The notes beneath the pieces are model-generated. The model had not been told where the DNA came from. It ran no database searches and saw only the letters and a list, made by a program, of their open reading frames with translations. This document shows, one piece after another, positions 55,241-64,000 of a stretch of 64,000 nucleotides of DNA. The DNA comes from Rhodospirillales bacterium. Its GTDB lineage: Bacteria; Pseudomonadota; Alphaproteobacteria; Rhodospirillales; GLO-3. Both the position numbers and the translations under genes were made by a program. Location: the NCBI GenBank assembly GCA_003354135.1, contig PIVK01000016.1, positions 2,224-66,223 of the forward strand, written 5' to 3'. Position 1 is the first letter of the stretch, and the number at the start of each line of letters is the position of its first letter.

Positions 55241-57658
55241 TCAAAATTGCCGCAGCAGGCGCTGGATGTAGTCCCGTTCGATTTCCGGCCGCGTGGGATC
55301 GCCGGCGCGGCGGCGCAGCTCGTCGAGAATGGCCCGCACCCGGTGTCGTCCGGCTGTCTTCGGCACCTCGGCGGATCCGCCGACTGCGGTGCCAAATCCG
55401 CCGGACGGCATCCGGCCGAAGGGGTCCCGTCCCCGAAGGGGAAATCCCCGGCGCCCGAACAGGCCCGGCATGTTCCGGTCGAGCGCCGTCGAAATCTGTT
55501 CCAGGGCGCGGTGAAGTTGGTCGAGCGCCTGCCCCTGGGCCTGCACCGCCTCGTCCGGGCTGCCCGCATCGAGCAACGAACGGGCCTGGGCCATGGCCCC
55601 TTCGGCCTTCCTCAGGCTCCCCGGTATCCGCTCCACGAGGTCTGCGGTTTCGTCCATCAGCCGGTTCAGGTCCCGGCGCAGCTCTTCCTGCTCCGCACTT
55701 CCCCTGGCGGGCCCCGGGGGATCGCTGCCTCCGGTTTCCCGGCCCTGGCCGGGGGACGACTCGCGCAACCTTCGGAAGGTCTCGTCCATAAGGTTCTTCT
55801 GGCGCCGTTCGATATCACGAAGCCGGTTCATGGCCGATGACGCCTTGGCGAGGCGTTCCGGATCCACGCGCTGCTGCATGGCCGCGCCCATGGTGTCGAG
55901 CAGGCTCCGGAGTTGAGCCAGCTTCTCGCGGGCATCGTCCAGATCTCCGTCTGCCACCAGTTCGCGGATCTCGTCCACGAGCCGTCGCAGCAGATCGCTT
56001 CCGGGCACTTGGCCCGAGGTGTCCAAGGACAGGTCTGCGAGGCCCCGGCGTTGAAGTTCCTTCATCAGCGACGGCAAATAGCTGTCCAGCGCCTGCTTGA
56101 GAGCCTGGGCCAGGCGTTTTGCGGCTTCCGGCTCCGCACCGGCTTCCAGGGCCCGCTGCAATTCCTGTCCCAGGTCCGAAAGCCGGCGTTCGGCTTCTGC
56201 AAAGCGGCCCTCTTCGAGGCGGAGTGCGATGCGCCACAAGATGTCACGGACCGAAGCCGCCTGGGAGGCGGTTTCGTCCAGCAGCAACCGGTTGCTGGCG
56301 ACACGGAGCGCCAGATGAACGACCACGCTTCCTTCGTAGCTCCCCGGATCGACGGCGATGGCCGCCAGGCCGTCGGCGACACGGCCCCGCACAGCGGGTG
56401 TCGGATCAACCAACCGCTTGCGAAGCGCAACGATGGCCCTGGCCACGGGATGGGCGAAGGAGCGTTCCGGCAGGACCATGTCCACCCAGCCGCCGCGTCC
56501 CGTCTTGCCTGCCGCGTCGACGGCCTCCACGGAAAGGCGCACCGGCAGACCGGCCCAGGAATGCGCACTCAGATCCTGACGGCTCGATGCGTGGAACGCC
56601 TGACGGCTCGATGCGTGGAACGCCTGACGGCGGAGCGGCAGAGGCAGGGTGATGCGCAGGGGTTCCTTTTCCCCGTTGCGCGCCACCACCAGCAAGACAT
56701 CGGACACGCCGTAATCGTCGCGCGCTTCGTAAGCGAGCGTCAAGCGCCCGCGGGGCGTGGCCTTCGGGGGAGCGGAGAAAGCCACGGTCGGGGCCCTGTC
56801 GGGAACGACGGTTACCGGCCAGGCCGCAATCTCGCGTTCGTCCAGCCCAATTGCGATCCGGTCCCCGTGACCAATAACCATCTCGCCCCGATGGGCTCCC
56901 GGACCGATCTCCGTCAAGGACACACGCCGGTCTCCGGCCTTAAGCCAAGGAACTTCGTCGGAGCCGCCGACCTGCGCGAGGACGGTGCTTCCCTCGGGCA
57001 CCATCGTCGGGTCGGGCGATCGGCTGTCCTGCGTCAGATGTCGGGTCGCCCGGCCGGTGTAGGTGGGGGGCGTGATCCAAAGATCGATGGTCCTGTCGGC
57101 CGGCGGTGGGGACAAACTCGGGGATAGGGCGCGGCCGAAACGCTCCCCGGCCTCGCTTCCCCCCGCCACCAGAGCGCCGGTCAACAGCACCGCAACCGCG
57201 GCCCGGAGGGCCCGGGGATCATGTCGTGCGACGCCGGGACGGGGCCATTTCAGCCTAAGCCGTTGCAGGGCCTTTGCCGCCCGTTGGCGATGGACCCGCC
57301 ACAGCGCCTCGGCTTTGGCGTCGCCGTTCCCTGCGGCAAGGTCGTCGGCGAGTGTATCGAACGGGCGGTGGGCGAGGCCGCTATCCCATTCCAGACGGGC
57401 GCGTCCCTCTGCCGGGCTTGGGAGCTTAAGACCGGAAAAGCCGTGTGTCAGGAGGGTGGCGATCAGCACGCCGAATCCGGCCACAACCCCAAAATGACCC
57501 CAGCCCCCAAGGGCGGGCAAGACGTCGAATAACGCCAGCGCCGCAAACAGACCGGCCACGGACAGGGCCGGCCACAACCGGACCCAGACTCTCTCCCACA
57601 AGACGATGGCGCGCGCCGTGCCCAGAAGCCCCCCCGGGATCGGTGCGCGCCAGCTCAT
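55241..57658 (-). CDS. TIGR02302-family membrane protein (alphaproteobacterial, low-complexity)
   Basis: 805 aa. It has N-terminal TM segments and coiled, Arg/Ala-rich regions. It is in conserved position downstream of lysA with an ATGA overlap. Confidence 0.65.
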   Translation of the reverse strand: MSWRAPIPGGLLGTARAIVLWERVWVRLWPALSVAGLFAALALFDVLPALGGWGHFGVVAGFGVLIATLLTHGFSGLKLPSPAEGRARLEWDSGLAHRPFDTLADDLAAGNGDAKAEALWRVHRQRAAKALQRLRLKWPRPGVARHDPRALRAAVAVLLTGALVAGGSEAGERFGRALSPSLSPPPADRTIDLWITPPTYTGRATRHLTQDSRSPDPTMVPEGSTVLAQVGGSDEVPWLKAGDRRVSLTEIGPGAHRGEMVIGHGDRIAIGLDEREIAAWPVTVVPDRAPTVAFSAPPKATPRGRLTLAYEARDDYGVSDVLLVVARNGEKEPLRITLPLPLRRQAFHASSRQAFHASSRQDLSAHSWAGLPVRLSVEAVDAAGKTGRGGWVDMVLPERSFAHPVARAIVALRKRLVDPTPAVRGRVADGLAAIAVDPGSYEGSVVVHLALRVASNRLLLDETASQAASVRDILWRIALRLEEGRFAEAERRLSDLGQELQRALEAGAEPEAAKRLAQALKQALDSYLPSLMKELQRRGLADLSLDTSGQVPGSDLLRRLVDEIRELVADGDLDDAREKLAQLRSLLDTMGAAMQQRVDPERLAKASSAMNRLRDIERRQKNLMDETFRRLRESSPGQGRETGGSDPPGPARGSAEQEELRRDLNRLMDETADLVERIPGSLRKAEGAMAQARSLLDAGSPDEAVQAQGQALDQLHRALEQISTALDRNMPGLFGRRGFPLRGRDPFGRMPSGGFGTAVGGSAEVPKTAGRHRVRAILDELRRRAGDPTRPEIERDYIQRLLRQF
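56575..56631. repeat. 24-bp in-frame tandem duplication inside the TIGR02302-family gene
   Basis: CCTGACGGCTCGATGCGTGGAACG occurs at 56575-56598 and 56599-56622, with a partial third copy. This gives RQAFHASS twice. Confidence 0.9.
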
Positions 57659-58950
57659 GAATCCTCTATCCAGATCGGCAGGGATTCATGGGTCAGGATG
57701 TCGTCCGTGTCGATGCGTTCGCGCACCACCGAGAACCGGTTGCCCCTGACCATAACCTCGGGGACCAGCGAACGGGAATTGTAGAGCGATGCCATCGCCG
57801 CCCCGTAGGCTCCGGCGGTCCGGATCACCATCAGATCCCCGGCTGCCACCGGAGGCATCCTCACGCCACGCGTAAAGGTATCCCCGGTCTCGCAGATCGG
57901 GCCGACAACGTCCACCAGGTCTATCTGCTCCAGCATGTCCGCGTCTTCCGCCATCTCGCCGGTGACGGGCTCGACCACCGGCTCGATAGCGTGGCGGGCG
58001 CCGTAGAGCGAAGGCCGCATCAGGTCGTTCATGGCCGCATCCAGGATCACGAAGCGCCGTGTTGCGCCTTCCTTGATATAGGTAACGCGGGAGACCAGAA
58101 CACCCGCGTTGCCCGCGATGGCCCGCCCGGGTTCGATGACGAGGTCGTAATCATGGCCGCCGAAGACGTCGCCGACGACCGCTGCGTAGTCACTAGGCGA
58201 AGGGGCGAGTTCTCCCTCATAGGAAATTCCCAAGCCGCCGCCGAGATCGAGACGCTTAATGTCATGACCGTCTGCCCGCAGCATGGCCGCCAGGTCGCGA
58301 AGGCGCAGGTAGGCGGTGCGGAAGGGCGTCAGGTCCAGGATCTGCGAGCCGATATGCACCGCCGCCCCCTCGATGCGGATGCCGGGCATCTTCGCCGCCC
58401 GTGCATAGACTTCGTGCGCCCGGGTCCATTCGATGCCGAACTTGTTCTCGCGTTTGCCGGTGGTAATCTTCTCGTGGGTGCCGGCGTCGATGTCGGGATT
58501 GACCCGGACGGCGACGGCGACCTCGGTTCCCTTGGAGACGGCGACTTCGGACAGGGCCTCCAGTTCCGGTTCCGATTCAACATTGACCTGCAGAATCCGG
58601 GCATCCAGGGCCTGGGCCAACTCGTCCCGCGTCTTGCCGATGCCGGAAAAGACGATGCGCGCCGGGTCCACCCCGGCGGTCAATGCCCGCTTTAATTCCC
58701 CACCGGACACCACGTCGGCTCCGGCCCCGAGATCCGCCAGGGTGCGGACCACGGAGATGTTCGGGTTGGCCTTGACGGCATAGCAGATGGTAACCGGAAT
58801 TTTCCTGAAAGCCTCGGCGAAGGCGTGGTAATGGCGCTCCAGCGTCGCCGTGGAATAGCAGTAGAACGGAGTCCCCACGGCTTCGGCGATGTCGGACAGC
58901 GGCACGTCCTCGGCAGACAGGCGTCCGTCCTTGTACTGGAAGTGGTCCAT
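57655..58950 (-). CDS. lysA: diaminopimelate decarboxylase
   Basis: The start is at MDHFQYKDGRL (58950). The motifs are YAVKANPN, GGGLGI and the EPGRAIAG family motif. Confidence 0.9.
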   Translation of the reverse strand: MDHFQYKDGRLSAEDVPLSDIAEAVGTPFYCYSTATLERHYHAFAEAFRKIPVTICYAVKANPNISVVRTLADLGAGADVVSGGELKRALTAGVDPARIVFSGIGKTRDELAQALDARILQVNVESEPELEALSEVAVSKGTEVAVAVRVNPDIDAGTHEKITTGKRENKFGIEWTRAHEVYARAAKMPGIRIEGAAVHIGSQILDLTPFRTAYLRLRDLAAMLRADGHDIKRLDLGGGLGISYEGELAPSPSDYAAVVGDVFGGHDYDLVIEPGRAIAGNAGVLVSRVTYIKEGATRRFVILDAAMNDLMRPSLYGARHAIEPVVEPVTGEMAEDADMLEQIDLVDVVGPICETGDTFTRGVRMPPVAAGDLMVIRTAGAYGAAMASLYNSRSLVPEVMVRGNRFSVVRERIDTDDILTHESLPIWIEDS

Positions 58951-58960
58951 ATGGTCGGCC

Positions 58961-59095
58961 TCAGCGGGTGGGATAGATTTTCTGTTCCTTGTCTTCGGGC
59001 AGGTGTTCCAGCCTAGCCTTACGGCCACAGGCGGAAACGCTGGAGATCAGCGCGGCGACCAGAAACACCAAGACGATCTTACGCAGGACAACCAT
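58961..59095 (-). CDS. small lipoprotein (LptM/YifL-like)
   Basis: MVVLRKIVLVFLVAALISSVSACGRKARLEHLP has a lipobox (VSAC). It lies in the conserved argH-lysA gap. Confidence 0.6.
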   Translation of the reverse strand: MVVLRKIVLVFLVAALISSVSACGRKARLEHLPEDKEQKIYPTR

Positions 59096-59096
59096 T

Positions 59097-60512
59097 CTAA
59101 TCCTCCAGGAACCTTTGGCGGGCCTCAATCGCTGCCCGACGGACGTTGTCAGGCGCCGTGCCGCCGTAGCTGGTCCGGCTGCACACCGACTCGTCAATGC
59201 CCAGGACTGAATAGACGTCATCGGTGATGCCGGGCTCGACCGATTGCATGTCTTGCAGGCTCAGGCTCTCGAGGCCGCAGCCCCTGTCCTCGGCCGTCTT
59301 CACCAATGCTCCCGTCACGTGATGGGCGTGGCGGAAAGGTAGCCCCAGGACGCGGACCAGCCAGTCGGCGAGATCGGTGGCGGTCACGAAACCTTGTTCC
59401 AAGGCGGTCCGCATTTTCCCTGTATTGAACTCCGCCTCCGCCAGCATGCCTGTCATGGCTGCGATGCAGAGCTCCAGGCTGTCGGCGGCGTCGAAGACCG
59501 GCTCCTTGTCTTCCTGCATGTCTTTGCCATAGGCCAGAGGCAGTCCCTTCATCACCACCATCAACGTATTCAAGCTGCCCAGTACCCGACCGGCCTTGGC
59601 GCGCACGAGTTCGGCGGCGTCGGGATTGCGCTTCTGGGGCATAATGGAACTGCCGGTCGAGAACGAATCGGAAAGCCTGAGAAAGGCGAATTGATCGGTG
59701 CACCAGAGCACGATTTCCCCGGCCATGCGCGACAAGTGCACGGCCAGCACCGATCCGGCGGACAGAAATTCGAGCGCGAAGTCACGATCCGAGACCGCAT
59801 CCAGAGAATTGGCCATGGGCGCATCGAAGCCAAGGGCCTTGGCGGTCATGTGCCGGTCGGTGGGGAATGAGGTCCCGGCCAGTGCGGCCGCGCCCAACGG
59901 ACTTTCATTGAGCCGCCTGCGGCAGTCGGCCAACCGTCCGCGATCGCGGCCCAGCATCTCGGTCCAGGCCAACAGGTGGTGGCCCAGGGTCACGGGCTGT
60001 GCCGCCTGCAGGTGGGTAAAGCCGGGCATGACGGTTCCGGCGTGAGACTCGGCGTGACCGATCAACACGCGTTGCAGTCCTTGCAGGGCGTCATCCAGCC
60101 CATCGATGGAATCCCGCACCCAGAGGCGGAGATCGGTCGCCACCTGGTCGTTGCGCGAGCGCGCCGTGTGCAGCCTTCCCGCGGCCTCGCCGACGATTTC
60201 GGCCAGGCGCGATTCCACGTTCATGTGGATGTCTTCCTGAACGCTCTTGAATTCGAAGCGCCCATCATTAATCTCTTGGAGCACTTGGTCGAGACCGCGA
60301 AGGATCGCCTCGCCGTCGTCGCGCGGAATGATCCCGCGAGAGACCAGCATCTTACAATGGGCCTTGGAGCCCCTGATATCTTGGGCGTAAAGCCGTTTGT
60401 CGAAATTGATGGAAGTGTTGATTTCCTCCATCACGGCGGACGGCCCGGCGGCGAAACGCCCGCCCCAGATGGCACTGGTCCCGGTATTCTGGTTCTTGCG
60501 GTTGCTGCTCAT
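59097..60512 (-). CDS. argH: argininosuccinate lyase
   Basis: It contains WGGRF, SRNDQV and the [12 protein letters not shown] signature. Confidence 0.93.
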   Translation of the reverse strand: MSSNRKNQNTGTSAIWGGRFAAGPSAVMEEINTSINFDKRLYAQDIRGSKAHCKMLVSRGIIPRDDGEAILRGLDQVLQEINDGRFEFKSVQEDIHMNVESRLAEIVGEAAGRLHTARSRNDQVATDLRLWVRDSIDGLDDALQGLQRVLIGHAESHAGTVMPGFTHLQAAQPVTLGHHLLAWTEMLGRDRGRLADCRRRLNESPLGAAALAGTSFPTDRHMTAKALGFDAPMANSLDAVSDRDFALEFLSAGSVLAVHLSRMAGEIVLWCTDQFAFLRLSDSFSTGSSIMPQKRNPDAAELVRAKAGRVLGSLNTLMVVMKGLPLAYGKDMQEDKEPVFDAADSLELCIAAMTGMLAEAEFNTGKMRTALEQGFVTATDLADWLVRVLGLPFRHAHHVTGALVKTAEDRGCGLESLSLQDMQSVEPGITDDVYSVLGIDESVCSRTSYGGTAPDNVRRAAIEARQRFLED

Positions 60513-60551
60513 AATGTGGCAAGGAGAAAGGAAGTTGGAGAAGAAAACAAC

Positions 60552-61202
60552 ATGAAAAACACCTTATTGGCAGCCATTGCCGTTTCATTGATCCTGGTCG
60601 TTGTTTCCATTGTAACCCTGTTCGGTCCCGAAGAACACGCAAGCGTTGGTCCCCCGTCACTCGAATCGACCGCCGGCGCGACCGGAAACGCCGTGCCGCC
60701 TGCAACGGGTTTATGTCTGCTGAAAGGCACAGAATTCGTTGGTTTCCGGGTAACCGAACCGCCCATTCCCGTCCCCGGGGAACCTTTCGTCGTAGGGGCC
60801 GACAAGCTGGCGACCTTGGGTGATTACAAGGGCAAGGGCGTGGTGCTCAATTTCTGGGCGACATGGTGCGCTCCCTGTGTGCGCGAAATGCCGGCCCTGT
60901 CGCGCCTGCAGACGCAACTGGAAAAAGATGGCGGGGGAATCGTGGTCCTCACCTTGTCCCGGGACCTGGATGGCGCACCCGTGGTGGAAGAATTTTTCGA
61001 AAAGAAGCAGATTACAAACCTGCCGGTCCTCATCGACAAGAAAAGCCGGTTGGGAGCAAAAATGAAAATCTACGGGTTGCCCGCCACGATCTTCATCGAT
61101 CCGGACGGCATGGAGCGGGGCCGCGTAATGGGTTCTGTACATTGGGATTCGAAGGCCGCGCTGGATTTGGTCAAAGCCTGTACGGCGCGCGCCTCCGGTT
61201 AA
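60552..61202 (+). CDS. tlpA: thiol:disulfide interchange protein TlpA-like (periplasmic thioredoxin)
   Basis: ATG 60552 follows AAGGAG. A membrane anchor is present. The active site is WATWCAPC. Confidence 0.8.
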   Translation: MKNTLLAAIAVSLILVVVSIVTLFGPEEHASVGPPSLESTAGATGNAVPPATGLCLLKGTEFVGFRVTEPPIPVPGEPFVVGADKLATLGDYKGKGVVLNFWATWCAPCVREMPALSRLQTQLEKDGGGIVVLTLSRDLDGAPVVEEFFEKKQITNLPVLIDKKSRLGAKMKIYGLPATIFIDPDGMERGRVMGSVHWDSKAALDLVKACTARASG

Positions 61203-61226
61203 TCGGGTCGGGGATTCCGGGTCGCT

Positions 61227-61547
61227 ATGAACCGATTGAACGACGGAATCATTGTCCGCGACGCCGAAGGCACCGTCATCTTCTGCTAACCAATCCTACC
61301 GGGACTGTTACCCCGGAGTTTGCGATCGGATCTAAACCCATTACATCAACGGCCGTTGGCGGGAAATCCACGAACACACGGCGGACGACGGCATATGGCG
61401 GGCCCAGTTTTCCTGGACACGGAATGGAGCCAACCGAGTGACCAAGGCCTTTGTCGAATTGCATGGCGGGACACGGAACTGCAAAGGACCCTTGGCGAAG
61501 GCACCCCGGCTATCGTACGATTCCCCAAGACCGGCATCGTTGGTTGA
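61227..61547 (+). pseudogene. decayed sensor histidine kinase remnant (PAS start plus frameshifted HATPase end)
   Basis: A 20-codon ORF, MNRLNDGIIVRDAEGTVIFC*, is PAS-like. Downstream, FVELHGG occurs in one frame and ELQRTLGEGTPAIVRFPKTG in another; together they resemble a HATPase_c G2 box and C-terminus. Confidence 0.4.
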
Positions 61548-61564
61548 TGGGATGGAAAGGGATT

Positions 61565-62572
61565 ATGCCGCTCACTCTGCGCCTTGCGACCTTCAACGTG
61601 GAAAACCTGGGCGAAGCCGCAAAGGACGCGGCGCCGCTCATGGACAGGATCGCCATCCTGCGCCCGCAATTGATTCGCCTTCGGGCCGACGTTCTATGCC
61701 TGCAGGAAGTGGACGGCCAACGCCTGGCTCCCGGCAAGACGCGCCACCTCGAAGCGCTGAGGCATCTGCTGGAAGACACACCCTACGCCGATTACCACAT
61801 CACCCATACCGTTAGCACGTCGCGTGGCGGCGGGGTGCGGGATAAGCATAACATGGTGCTGGTGTCGCGTTTTCCTGTCCTCGACAGTGGTCAGGTGCGC
61901 CACGACATCGTCTCTCCGCCCGCCTACGCACGGGTGACCGCCCATCCGCCGGCCACCGGGGCGGAGATGGTGGATTGGGACCGGGCCTTCATTTGGGCCC
62001 GGATCGATCTGCCGGGGGGCAAGCCGCTGACCGTGCTCAACTTGCACCTGAGGGCACCGCGTGCAGCCTGGATCGACGGCCAGAAGGTGGATTCGAAGAC
62101 GTGGCGGAGTGTTCCCGGCTGGGCCGAGGGCTATTTCCTGGCCGCCATGAAACGTGCCGGTCAGGCGTTGGAGGTCCGCCTGTTCATTGATCGCGTCATG
62201 GACGATGATCCGGATGCGATGATTGCGGTCTGTGGGGACTTCAACGCCGACATGTACGAAACCCCCGTGCGCATCATCCGCGGCGACGAGGAGGATCTGG
62301 GGAACGGCAAGCTGGTCCGGCGCCTGCTGGTGCCGCTGGAGCGCAGCCTACCTCAGTCCCAACGGTTCTCGGTCATTCATGGAGGCCGACCGGTGATGCT
62401 GGATCACATCCTGGTCTCCCGCTCCTTGCTCGCCTGGTACCGTACGGGCGAGATCCACAACGAAGCCCTGGGTGACGAACTCTCGACCCCCGCCGTGGTC
62501 CGCGGCGCCCCGTCCTCCTACCATGCTCCGGTGGCAGCCGAGTTTGAGGTCGGGAACGGGGACGGAGCCTGA
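61565..62572 (+). CDS. endonuclease/exonuclease/phosphatase (EEP) family protein
   Basis: It contains LRLATFNVENLG, DVLCLQEV, GDFN and SYHAPV motifs. Confidence 0.75.
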   Translation: MPLTLRLATFNVENLGEAAKDAAPLMDRIAILRPQLIRLRADVLCLQEVDGQRLAPGKTRHLEALRHLLEDTPYADYHITHTVSTSRGGGVRDKHNMVLVSRFPVLDSGQVRHDIVSPPAYARVTAHPPATGAEMVDWDRAFIWARIDLPGGKPLTVLNLHLRAPRAAWIDGQKVDSKTWRSVPGWAEGYFLAAMKRAGQALEVRLFIDRVMDDDPDAMIAVCGDFNADMYETPVRIIRGDEEDLGNGKLVRRLLVPLERSLPQSQRFSVIHGGRPVMLDHILVSRSLLAWYRTGEIHNEALGDELSTPAVVRGAPSSYHAPVAAEFEVGNGDGA

Positions 62573-62741
62573 GATGAACGACCATGGTTGGCGGAGTGGC
62601 GGGCGTTCACGGATCGCCCATGCGGATCGGCGCCCGGCATTGCGTTCCGGTTCCCCGGTCACACGGGGAGGTGGCTTGGCGAAGCCCGGGGGGATCTTCC
62701 GAATCTGGGGCTTTGCTGCAAACCATCGAAGGCCTGAACTG

Positions 62742-63047
62742 ATGAGACCGCTGGCCATTCTTTTCGCCCTTGTTCTGCTTGGGGGGTGCCTGTCCTCCAA
62801 GCCCCGTTGGTGGAATCCCAACCTGCCGGAGGCCCAGTGGTCCAAGGACGCCGCCGCTTGCAAGCGCTGGGCGTCGGCCGAGGCGGGACAGGAATATCGT
62901 CGGGACCAGGATATCGAAGCCGACCGGGACCTGGACGGTGGAACCTATTCCGCCCAGATGGGCCGCCACGACACCCGCAGGCGTGCCGTGCGCCTGGAGG
63001 TCGATTGTATGCGTGCGCGGGGCTATCGGCCGATGACGAAGAAATAG
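62742..63047 (+). CDS. small lipoprotein, unknown function
   Basis: MRPLAILFALVLLGGCLSS is a lipobox signal sequence. Confidence 0.6.
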   Translation: MRPLAILFALVLLGGCLSSKPRWWNPNLPEAQWSKDAAACKRWASAEAGQEYRRDQDIEADRDLDGGTYSAQMGRHDTRRRAVRLEVDCMRARGYRPMTKK

Positions 63048-63049
63048 AG

Positions 63050-63298
63050 TCAGTCGGCTATCCGTGCCGTGCCGTGGACCTGGGACATGGCCGAGTCGAT
63101 CAGGGTGCAAGTGCGTTTCTTCAAACCCTGCAGAACGTAGCGCAAGGCCGTCTGCATCACACGGGCCCGGTAGTCCCGGGCCCAGGTATGGAGAGTCTGG
63201 GTGTCGACATCATTGGTTTGCCCCTGGTCTGTGAGGGGGAAGGCCACCGGCCCGGTTCCGAACCGAATGGTGTCATCAAGCGTCTTTCTGTCGGTCAT
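63050..63298 (-). CDS. hypothetical protein (82 aa)
   Basis: The ORF has GGAG 6 nt upstream of its ATG. I recognise no family. Confidence 0.35.
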   Translation of the reverse strand: MTDRKTLDDTIRFGTGPVAFPLTDQGQTNDVDTQTLHTWARDYRARVMQTALRYVLQGLKKRTCTLIDSAMSQVHGTARIAD

Positions 63299-63564
63299 GG
63301 CCCACTCCTATGATGCCTGTCCAGCGGACGATGGCGATGTGCCTCTTTGCGGGGCAGGAGCGGGCCCTCGGCCACTGGAGAACGGGGTTTGGCGTTCGTC
63401 TTTCGCGCCATCGCGTTCCAAAGGGGGAGACCGGGTCGAGGGACCGCCCATCCGCTGGGAGGTATCCCTCAACATATCGACTTTTCACATGGAGATAAGC
63501 GCAAATGCTGCAGTGCAGAAATGCACGAAACGCATGTTGGATGGCAAATTTAACGCAACATTGC

Positions 63565-63866
63565 GCCGTTGTTATGCGTGCAAGGACTATCGGCAAATTC
63601 TGGAAAATCGGGGGCTCATGGCCTTCATGAGCAAGAAGGGAGACTGCTGCGACAACGCTCCCATGGAAAGCTTCTTTGGATCGCCCATGGAAAGCTTCTT
63701 TGGATCGAATGTGTCCACCAGACCCGGTTTGGCGACCCGCAAGGAATCCAGGGCCGCCCTGTTCGAATACATTGAGGTGTTCTACAATCGCTGGCGTCTG
63801 CATTCGGGTGGTGGCTACAGGACACCGGCACAGACCTACGCGGAGTTGACCGCCATGGTCGCATAA
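63565..63866 (+). mobile_element. IS3-family transposase (OrfB) C-terminal fragment, degraded
   Basis: KGDCCDNAPMESFFGS...ALFEYIEVFYNRWRLHSGGGYRTP is the end of the rve core. The N-terminal two-thirds are absent. It carries a 24-bp tandem duplication at 63660-63707. Confidence 0.7.
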
Positions 63867-63909
63867 CCTGAAGAGCGTACTGGAGCCGGGGTGAGGAAAG
63901 CACGCAAAT

Positions 63910-64000
63910 ATGAATAGAACCGAAAGACGTCGCCTACAGAAGACGGCCAAGAAAGCAAAGCCTGCCGTCCGTCGGAAGGCTCGCGCCGTCAAATCCGATT
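63910..64000 (+). CDS. hypothetical protein, 3' end beyond window
   Basis: ATG 63910 follows GGGGTGAGGAAAG. The N-terminus MNRTERRRLQKTAKKAKPAVRRKA is basic. The frame is open to the window edge. Confidence 0.3.
   Translation, partial: MNRTERRRLQKTAKKAKPAVRRKARAVKSD

Noticed and set aside
54902-55840. 312-aa plus-strand ORF running through the tRNA-Gln gene and antisense to the TIGR02302-family gene
   Set aside because: It overlaps a well-folded tRNA and a longer recognised CDS. Its composition is low in complexity.
1-64000. CRISPR arrays, rRNA genes, intact prophage or integron structures
   Set aside because: No regularly spaced repeat arrays were seen, no rRNA-like conserved stretches, and no phage structural or integrase genes. 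The only repeats are the short tandem duplications listed above.

Overview
This window looks like an alphaproteobacterial chromosome, based on argH-lptM-lysA-TIGR02302 synteny and GC-rich coding sequence. It has three parts.

(1) Positions ~1-36.2 kb form a dense methylotrophy and cofactor island:
- tetrahydromethanopterin (H4MPT)/methylofuran-type cofactor biosynthesis genes, with mch and fae;
- a NitT/TauT-type ABC importer;
- a lanthanide-type xoxF-xoxG-xoxJ methanol dehydrogenase cluster;
- the 'PQQ-dependent catabolism-associated' ABC / beta-propeller / binding-protein set, which resembles the lut cluster;
- folE and pabB;
- a pqqA-pqqD-pqqE cluster with no pqqB or pqqC;
- serC;
- a rhodanese / metallo-beta-lactamase / SoxYZ-like 'quinoprotein-associated' triad.

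(2) Positions ~36.2-42.3 kb are a visibly more AT-rich mosaic accessory region:
- remnants of an SNF2-like gene and a type III res-like helicase gene;
- an 86-bp duplicated fragment of an inositol-monophosphatase (IMPase) family gene;
- an intact IMPase-family gene next to an AlbA_2/Schlafen-type protein;
- a HigB toxin with an XRE-ImmA fusion partner;
- an RHH-YfbU protein.

(3) Positions 42.8-64 kb hold a thioester alpha-2-macroglobulin/PbpC pair, followed by a lower-GC 1350-aa NACHT/STAND NTPase. That protein has a long helical region and a C-terminal PD-(D/E)xK-like module, and it abuts tRNA-Gln. I consider it the best candidate for an undescribed single-gene conflict system. Housekeeping genes follow (TIGR02302, lysA, lptM-like, argH, tlpA, an EEP nuclease), along with a decayed histidine-kinase remnant and an IS3 transposase fragment.

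Other notable signals:
- a conserved bipartite ~60-nt element upstream of both fae and xoxF;
- four independent perfect 24/27-bp tandem duplications;
- several structured intergenic hairpins.

No CRISPR array, rRNA or intact mobile element was seen. All functional calls rest on recognising motifs in the supplied translations; no database search was run.
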